NCBI GenBank assembly: GCA_964388085.1
Contig: CAYLZW010000003.1
Span: 1,279-65,278, forward strand
DNA length: 64,000 bases
Direction of reading: 5' to 3'
Source of the DNA: an uncultured Myxococcales bacterium
Lineage (GTDB): Bacteria > Myxococcota > UBA727 > CAYLZW01
The position numbers and the translations under genes are program-made. The notes under the pieces are model-generated. The model worked only from the letters and a program-made list of their open reading frames with translations, did not search any database and had not been told where the DNA came from. This document shows, in pieces, positions 58,492-64,000 of this stretch. Positions within the stretch are counted from its first letter, which is position 1. Every line of letters begins with the position of its first letter.

Positions 58492-60063
58492 ATGTCGCTT
58501 CTCAGGCGCATGACCTCGAGCCGGGTCCACGTCGCTGAACGGGCGCTCCGCAAGGGCGACCTGGCGGGCGCGATCACGGCCATGGAGGCGGCCCTCAACA
58601 AAGCGCCCGACGACGTGAAGGCCCGGCGGCAGCTCGCCGACACCTACGCGAAGGCCGGTCGCTTCGCGGACGCCGTGCGCGAGCTGACCACCCTGGCGGA
58701 GGCCTTCGCCGCCGAGGGCCTGCTGCTCAAGGCCTCGTCCGCCTACAAGGCCATCCTCGACATCGACCCCGACCACGACGACGCCCAGCAGAAGCTCGCG
58801 AGCCTGCAGGCGAACAAGAGCAGCGCGCTCGCCGACGCGGCGCGGCAGGCCGAGGGCGCTCCTTCGGGTCAAGCTCCGCCACGCTTGCCCGACGACACCA
58901 CCCTCGACGCCGACGAGCTCGTCGAGGCCGAGGACGTGCTCGAGGCCGACGACGTCGCCGAAGAGATCGAGCGCTCGCACGAGGACGAGCCCCCGGTGGC
59001 CGCGCTCGAGGACGCGACCCTCGAGGTCGAGCCTGCCGCGCTCGGCATGGAAGACGCCACCCTCGAGGTGGCGGCGCCGGCCGCGCGCGATCTCGAGGAC
59101 GCGACGATCGAGGTGCAGAACCCCGAAGCCGCCGCGGCGGAGGCGTTCGAGGCCGACGCCGAGGCCGTCGACGACGCCGAAGAGCTCGAGCTGGAGGACG
59201 CCGACGATCTCATCGTCGCCGAGCTCACCTCCCAGGGCGATGACGACGTCGAGCTCGATCGCGCGGTGCTGCCGGAGCTGCCGCTGTTCTCGGACCTCCC
59301 GCAGCACGCCTTCGACGAGCTCATCAGCGATCTCGACCAGTGGCGCGTGCCGAGCGGCGCGGTCATCGTGCGCCAGGGCGAGGTCGGGCACAGCTTCTTT
59401 GTCGTCGTCAGCGGTGAGGCGCGCGTGGAGCGTGACGGCGACGAGCTCGCCACCCTCGGCCGCGGGGAGCTGTTCGGCGAGATGGCGCTGCTCTCGAGGA
59501 ACCCGCGCGCGGCCTCCGTGGTGGCCGCGTCGGCGTGCGAGCTGTTCGAGATCAAGCGCGAGCGCATCGACGACCTGATGACGCGCTACCCGTCGGTAGA
59601 GCGCGTGTTGCAGAAGTTCTGCCGGCAGCGGCTGCTCTCGAACGTGCTGCGCGCGTCGCTCTTCGAGGGCCTCGACGAGACGCTCGCGCGCGAGATGATC
59701 GGCGCCTTCAAGGACAAGCGCGTCTCCATGGGGCAACGCGTGGTGAGCCAGGGCGACAAGGGCCGCGGGCTGTTCGTGGTCCTCGCCGGCACCCTCGACG
59801 TGTCGCGGGAGGACGAGGGCGCCGTGCGTACGGTCTCCCAGCTCGCCGAGGGCGACGTGTTCGGTGAGATGTCGCTGATCTTCGGCGAGCCGGCGTCCGC
59901 GTCCGTGATGGCGCTCTCGAACACGACGCTGCTGACGCTGTCGCAGAAGGGCTTCCAGGCGTTCTGCAAGCGCCACCCAGTCATGAAGCGGCGCCTCGAG
60001 GCGCTCGCGCGCGGCCGCCGTGACGGGAACGCCAACGCCAAAAGCGGCGACGCGGCCGAGTGA
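58492..60063 (+). CDS. TPR + tandem cyclic-nucleotide-binding domain protein, no HTH
   Basis: N-terminal TPRs; acidic linker; FGEMALL...PRAASV and FGEMSLI...PASASV. Confidence 0.88.
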   Translation: MSLLRRMTSSRVHVAERALRKGDLAGAITAMEAALNKAPDDVKARRQLADTYAKAGRFADAVRELTTLAEAFAAEGLLLKASSAYKAILDIDPDHDDAQQKLASLQANKSSALADAARQAEGAPSGQAPPRLPDDTTLDADELVEAEDVLEADDVAEEIERSHEDEPPVAALEDATLEVEPAALGMEDATLEVAAPAARDLEDATIEVQNPEAAAAEAFEADAEAVDDAEELELEDADDLIVAELTSQGDDDVELDRAVLPELPLFSDLPQHAFDELISDLDQWRVPSGAVIVRQGEVGHSFFVVVSGEARVERDGDELATLGRGELFGEMALLSRNPRAASVVAASACELFEIKRERIDDLMTRYPSVERVLQKFCRQRLLSNVLRASLFEGLDETLAREMIGAFKDKRVSMGQRVVSQGDKGRGLFVVLAGTLDVSREDEGAVRTVSQLAEGDVFGEMSLIFGEPASASVMALSNTTLLTLSQKGFQAFCKRHPVMKRRLEALARGRRDGNANAKSGDAAE

Positions 60064-60111
60064 CGTTACAGTCTCCGCGATGGCCGCGCTGACGACGAGG
60101 AGAGCTCCGCG

Positions 60112-60627
60112 ATGAAGGCAGCGGCCAAGACACCGCGCGTAGGCGTCGTCATGGGATCGAGCTCGGACTGGGCGACGCTCGAGCACGCGACCGCGCTGCT
60201 CGACGAGCTGCAGGTGCCCTACGAGGCGCGCGTGGTGTCCGCGCACCGCACACCGGACCTGCTGTTCCAGTACGCGGAGCAGGCCGCCGAGCGCGGGCTG
60301 CGCGTCATCATCGCGGGCGCCGGCGGCGCGGCGCACCTGCCGGGCATGCTGGCGGCCAAGACGTGGATCCCCGTCCTCGGGGTGCCGGTGCAGAGCCGCG
60401 CGTTGAACGGCCTCGACTCGCTGCTCTCCATCGTGCAGATGCCGCGCGGCGTCCCCGTCGGCACGCTCGCCATCGGGCCGGCCGGCGCCGCCAACGCGGC
60501 CCTGCTCGCCGCCGCCATGCTCGCGCACGATCACGACGACGTCCGCGCCGCGCTGCTGCGCTTTCGCAGCGCCCAGACCGACGCCGCGCTGTCCGCGAAG
60601 CTGCCGCCCCCGGCCGCGAAGGAGTAG
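60112..60627 (+). CDS. purE: N5-CAIR mutase
   Basis: [37 protein letters not shown]. Confidence 0.97.
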   Translation: MKAAAKTPRVGVVMGSSSDWATLEHATALLDELQVPYEARVVSAHRTPDLLFQYAEQAAERGLRVIIAGAGGAAHLPGMLAAKTWIPVLGVPVQSRALNGLDSLLSIVQMPRGVPVGTLAIGPAGAANAALLAAAMLAHDHDDVRAALLRFRSAQTDAALSAKLPPPAAKE

Positions 60628-60631
60628 CGCC

Positions 60632-61732
60632 GTGCGCCTCGGCATCTTCGGCAGCGGTCAGCTCGGCATGATGATGGCGGCGGCCGCTCGGCGCCTGAAC
60701 GTGGAGCCGACGCTGTTCTCGCCCAAGACCGGTCCGGCCAGTGACGTCGTGCGGGAGGCAGTGCACGCCCCCTGGAACGAGCTCGACGCGGTCGCGCGCT
60801 TCGCCGGCAGCGTCGATGTCGCCACCTACGAGCTCGAGCAGCTCCCGGCGTCCGTGCTCACGCGCGCGGCCGAGAGCACGCAAGTGTGTCCCCCGATCCC
60901 CGTGCTCGAGCAGACCCAGGACCGGCTGCTCGAGCGGCGCCTGCTCGAAGGGCTCGGCATCGGCGTGGCCCCCTACGTCCACGTCGCCGCCGAGCCTGAC
61001 CTCGAGGAGGCGGAGTCGAGCGTCGGCTTCCCGCTGGTGCTGAAGCGAACGCAGGGCGGCTATGACGGCAAGTCCCAGGCACGCGCGCGTGACCGCGCGG
61101 AGCTGCACGCGGGCTTTCGCGCCCTGAACGGCCCGTGCATCGCCGAGCGCTTCTTGCGCTGGAAACGGGAGGTGTCGGTCATCGTCGTGCGCGCGCGCGA
61201 CGGTGAGCTGCGCGGCTACGAGCCGGTCGAGAACGAGCACGTGGACGGCATCTTGCGCGTGTCGCGCGCGCCCGCTTCGCTCGGGGACGACGAGCGGAAG
61301 GCGCTGTTCGGCATCGCGCGCACGATCGCCAACTCGACGAGTTACGTCGGCGTGCTGACGGTGGAGCTGTTCGACACCGACGACGGCTGGCTGGTGAACG
61401 AGCTGGCGCCGCGCGTGCACAACTCCGGGCACTGGACCATCGAGGGCGCCGAGACCAGCCAATTCGAGAACCACGTGCGCGCGGTCTGCGGACTGCCGCT
61501 CGGATCCACGTCACTCCGTGGACCGAGCGCCATGGTGAACGTCATCGGCGAGGTGCCGTCCGGCTTCAGCGCGCTGCTCGAGGTGCCGGGCGCGGCGATG
61601 CACCTCTACGGCAAGTCGGCGGCGCCAGGACGCAAGCTCGGCCACGTGACGGTGACCGCCCCCGACGAGCGCACGCTCGACGAGCGGCTGGCGCGCGTGC
61701 GGCGGATCATCGACGCTGGCGCGCCTCGCTAG
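60632..61732 (+). CDS. purK: N5-CAIR synthetase
   Basis: GSGQLG, GYDGKSQ, NELAPRVHNSGHW, HLYGK...GRKLGHV; follows purE. Confidence 0.96.
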   Translation: MRLGIFGSGQLGMMMAAAARRLNVEPTLFSPKTGPASDVVREAVHAPWNELDAVARFAGSVDVATYELEQLPASVLTRAAESTQVCPPIPVLEQTQDRLLERRLLEGLGIGVAPYVHVAAEPDLEEAESSVGFPLVLKRTQGGYDGKSQARARDRAELHAGFRALNGPCIAERFLRWKREVSVIVVRARDGELRGYEPVENEHVDGILRVSRAPASLGDDERKALFGIARTIANSTSYVGVLTVELFDTDDGWLVNELAPRVHNSGHWTIEGAETSQFENHVRAVCGLPLGSTSLRGPSAMVNVIGEVPSGFSALLEVPGAAMHLYGKSAAPGRKLGHVTVTAPDERTLDERLARVRRIIDAGAPR

Positions 61733-61738
61733 AAGGGT

Positions 61739-64000
61739 TCATACGGCCCGCCGCCGCCGCCGCAGCGGCAGTAGAGCCAGCGCCACGAGCAGCCATGACC
61801 CGCTGCCCGCGCCGGTCCCCGTGTTGCAGTCACAGCCGCCCTCGACGTCATCGACGTCATCGCCGTCATCGCCGTCATCGTCGTGGCTACCGTGGGGGCC
61901 GCCATCGTCCTCGTCGCCGGCGTCGGGCCCGCCGTCGCCTTCCTCGCCGGCCTCGCAGGCGTCACCCGTCCCGTCGCCGTCCGCATCCTCCTGCTCGGGG
62001 TCGGGCTCGACGCGGCAGACGTCCCCGGCGTCAGGGACGCCGTCGTCGTCGCTGTCCTCATCGAGGTAGTCCGGCGTGCCGTCACCATCGCTGTCGACGG
62101 GGGGCGTGGCCTCGTCGTCGTCGCCCGCCTCGTCCGCGTCGCGCACACCGTCGCCGTCCGAGTCGGTGTCCTGAAAGTCAGGGATCCCGTCCTCATCGCT
62201 GTCGACCGGCGGCGTGGCCGCGTTGTCGTCGCCGTACTCATCGACGTCGGCGATACCGTCGCCGTCCGAGTCGGTGTCCTCACCATCCGGAATGCCATCG
62301 CCGTCGGTGTCGAGCGGTAGCGGACCCGCATCGACGTTGGGTTCGTCGCCGCCGTCCCCGTCCCCGCCGCCGCCGTCTCCTTCGCCGCCGTCCGGCCCCC
62401 CGTCCTCGAGCTCCTCCTCGCAGGCGGCGCTGCAGCCGTCCCCGTCATCGAGGTTGCCGTCATCGCAGAGCTCGCCGGCCTCGGGGTTGTGCAGGCCATC
62501 GCCGCAGGCGATCGCCGAGCAGTCGCGGTCGCACGACTCCGTGTTGACCCCGCCGCTGTCGCACGCCTCCGTCCCGACGACGAGCTCGTCGCCGCACGCA
62601 GCGGCGCAGCTGAAGCCGTCGCCGGTGTAACCGACGTCGCACGCGCACGAGAAGCTGCCCGCCGCGTTCGTGCAGGAGGCGTTGGCGTGGCAGCCCGCGG
62701 CCCCGGTGGCGCACTCGTTGACGTCGACGCAGGTGCTGCCGTCATCTTGGTAGCCCGCCGGGCAGGTGCAGGAATAGGTGCCCGCTTCATTCAGGCAGGT
62801 GCCGGCGCCACACGGGCCAGGCGTCGCCGTACACTCATCGACGTCGGTGCAGAGCGAGGGGGAGAGCGTATCGCAGCTCCAGCCGGCCTCGACGGCGCAG
62901 GTCGCGCCGCAGCCGTCTCCCGCGGCCACGTCGTCGTCGTCGCACGCCTCACCGAGGTCGACCACTCCGTCGCCACACTCGCCCATGAGGGACCGCACGC
63001 GCACGCCCGGATTGGCGACGGCTGCGTCGGTGTAGGCGACCACGAAGCGCGAGCCGTTGAAGGTGAGCGCGGGACCATACGCGTGCCCGCCTGCGTCCAC
63101 CACGATGTCGGCGCTGTCGAGCACCTGGCCCGACGACGTGACGCGCCTGCCCTTGATCCCGACGCCGGCTCCGCTGCCGTCGGAGTCATCCCACGCCACC
63201 AGGGTATAGGCTCCGTTGTACGCGGCCGAAGCCCGCCATTGCGGTCCGGGTCGAGTCGTCAGCGCAAGGCCCTCGCTGTCGGCCACCGCGCCTGCCGCCG
63301 ACACCACGTTGGACCAGACGTCACTCTCGAAGAAGCTCGTGTCGTATTGATGCCAGGTCACCAAGAAATTGCCGCCACCGGCCGCGACGGCCGGCTGCAT
63401 CTGGGCCTGGGCGCTCGTGGCGACGGGGATCGCCGTGGTATCGACCACCGCGCCCGTGCTCGACAGGCGTCGACCCAGCACATTGGGAGCGCCACCCTCG
63501 CTGTCTTGCCACGCCACCAGGAAGTGACCTCCGTTCCAGGCGATGGCGGGCGCATCTTGGTTGCCGGCGCCGCCCGCCACCACGATCCGCCCCGCCCCCT
63601 GAGGCACCCCCGCCGACGACACGGCGCGGCCGTAGATCTCGAAATTGCCGCCAGCCTCCAAGCTCGTCCACACGACCTGGTAATCGCTGCCGTTGGACGC
63701 GACGTCGGCGTTGTATTCGAAGGACGGGCTGCTCGAGAGGGTGACCACCGCGTCCATCGTTCCGTCGCCGGTGATCCTCCTGCCGGCGATATCCTCGAGC
63801 TCGGTTGCCCAGACCACCAGGAAGCTGCTGCCATTGGATGCCACTTTGGGCGGGTTGTAGCTGGCGCCGTACAGCAGCCCGTCGGCGATGAGGATCCCGG
63901 CCGGCGTGAGCACGGCGCCCGTTGCGGAGAGCAAGACGCCATAGGCCGACTGCGCTCCGCCCCGATAATCCAGCCACACGAGCAGCGACTCGCCGCTGGC
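61739..64000 (-). CDS. C-terminal part of a large MYXO-CTERM surface protein (propeller-like repeats, DUF4215-type Cys repeats, 2 EGF-Ca domains, TSP3-like Asp repeats); 5' partial
   Basis: Repeated PxVAxNGxxFLVxW; CGDG...EACDD; DVDEC/DVNEC...CxNxxGSxSC; DSDGDGIPD repeats; tail GGCDC...[16 protein letters not shown]. Confidence 0.9.
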   Translation of the reverse strand, partial: ASGESLLVWLDYRGGAQSAYGVLLSATGAVLTPAGILIADGLLYGASYNPPKVASNGSSFLVVWATELEDIAGRRITGDGTMDAVVTLSSSPSFEYNADVASNGSDYQVVWTSLEAGGNFEIYGRAVSSAGVPQGAGRIVVAGGAGNQDAPAIAWNGGHFLVAWQDSEGGAPNVLGRRLSSTGAVVDTTAIPVATSAQAQMQPAVAAGGGNFLVTWHQYDTSFFESDVWSNVVSAAGAVADSEGLALTTRPGPQWRASAAYNGAYTLVAWDDSDGSGAGVGIKGRRVTSSGQVLDSADIVVDAGGHAYGPALTFNGSRFVVAYTDAAVANPGVRVRSLMGECGDGVVDLGEACDDDDVAAGDGCGATCAVEAGWSCDTLSPSLCTDVDECTATPGPCGAGTCLNEAGTYSCTCPAGYQDDGSTCVDVNECATGAAGCHANASCTNAAGSFSCACDVGYTGDGFSCAAACGDELVVGTEACDSGGVNTESCDRDCSAIACGDGLHNPEAGELCDDGNLDDGDGCSAACEEELEDGGPDGGEGDGGGGDGDGGDEPNVDAGPLPLDTDGDGIPDGEDTDSDGDGIADVDEYGDDNAATPPVDSDEDGIPDFQDTDSDGDGVRDADEAGDDDEATPPVDSDGDGTPDYLDEDSDDDGVPDAGDVCRVEPDPEQEDADGDGTGDACEAGEEGDGGPDAGDEDDGGPHGSHDDDGDDGDDVDDVEGGCDCNTGTGAGSGSWLLVALALLPLRRRRRAV
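62148..62280 (-). repeat. 25-bp identical direct repeat at 108-bp period within the Asp-rich Ca-binding repeats
   Basis: ccgtcgccgtccgagtcggtgtcct at 62148-62172 and 62256-62280. Confidence 0.75.

Overview
High-GC window of a Myxococcota-type bacterium (inferred from MYXO-CTERM tails, Myxococcales PilZ-like domains, a GldG/DUF4340 pair and cysteine-rich lipoproteins). About 38 real genes sit among many antisense shadow ORFs; I found no rRNA, tRNA, CRISPR array or transposase. Left to right: end of a GldG/DUF4340 operon; a PilZ-like/J-like protein; a Grx4-A-type*-rhodanese fusion plus BolA; a PD-(D/E)XK nuclease, ATL and enoyl-CoA hydratase; a STAND-TPR protein, rhomboid-TPR, Ser/Thr kinase-AAA-TPR and a long AsmA; an envelope locus (two GT-C proteins, a GT2, two methyltransferases, a Firmicute-like LtaS, complete oleABCD, K+/H+ antiporter); a 13.5-kb operon of four large surface lipoproteins with no recognisable catalytic domain; coaX-pcnB-prfC; a MYXO-CTERM-like hydrolase; a tandem cNMP protein; purEK; and a partial MYXO-CTERM adhesin. 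The strongest candidates for undescribed systems are (1) the LtaS + GT2/GT-C + oleABCD envelope locus in a diderm and (2) the four-lipoprotein surface array with its own promoter, operator-like palindrome and terminator. All family assignments come from motifs read by eye, not database searches. Start codons are my re-calls and some are uncertain.
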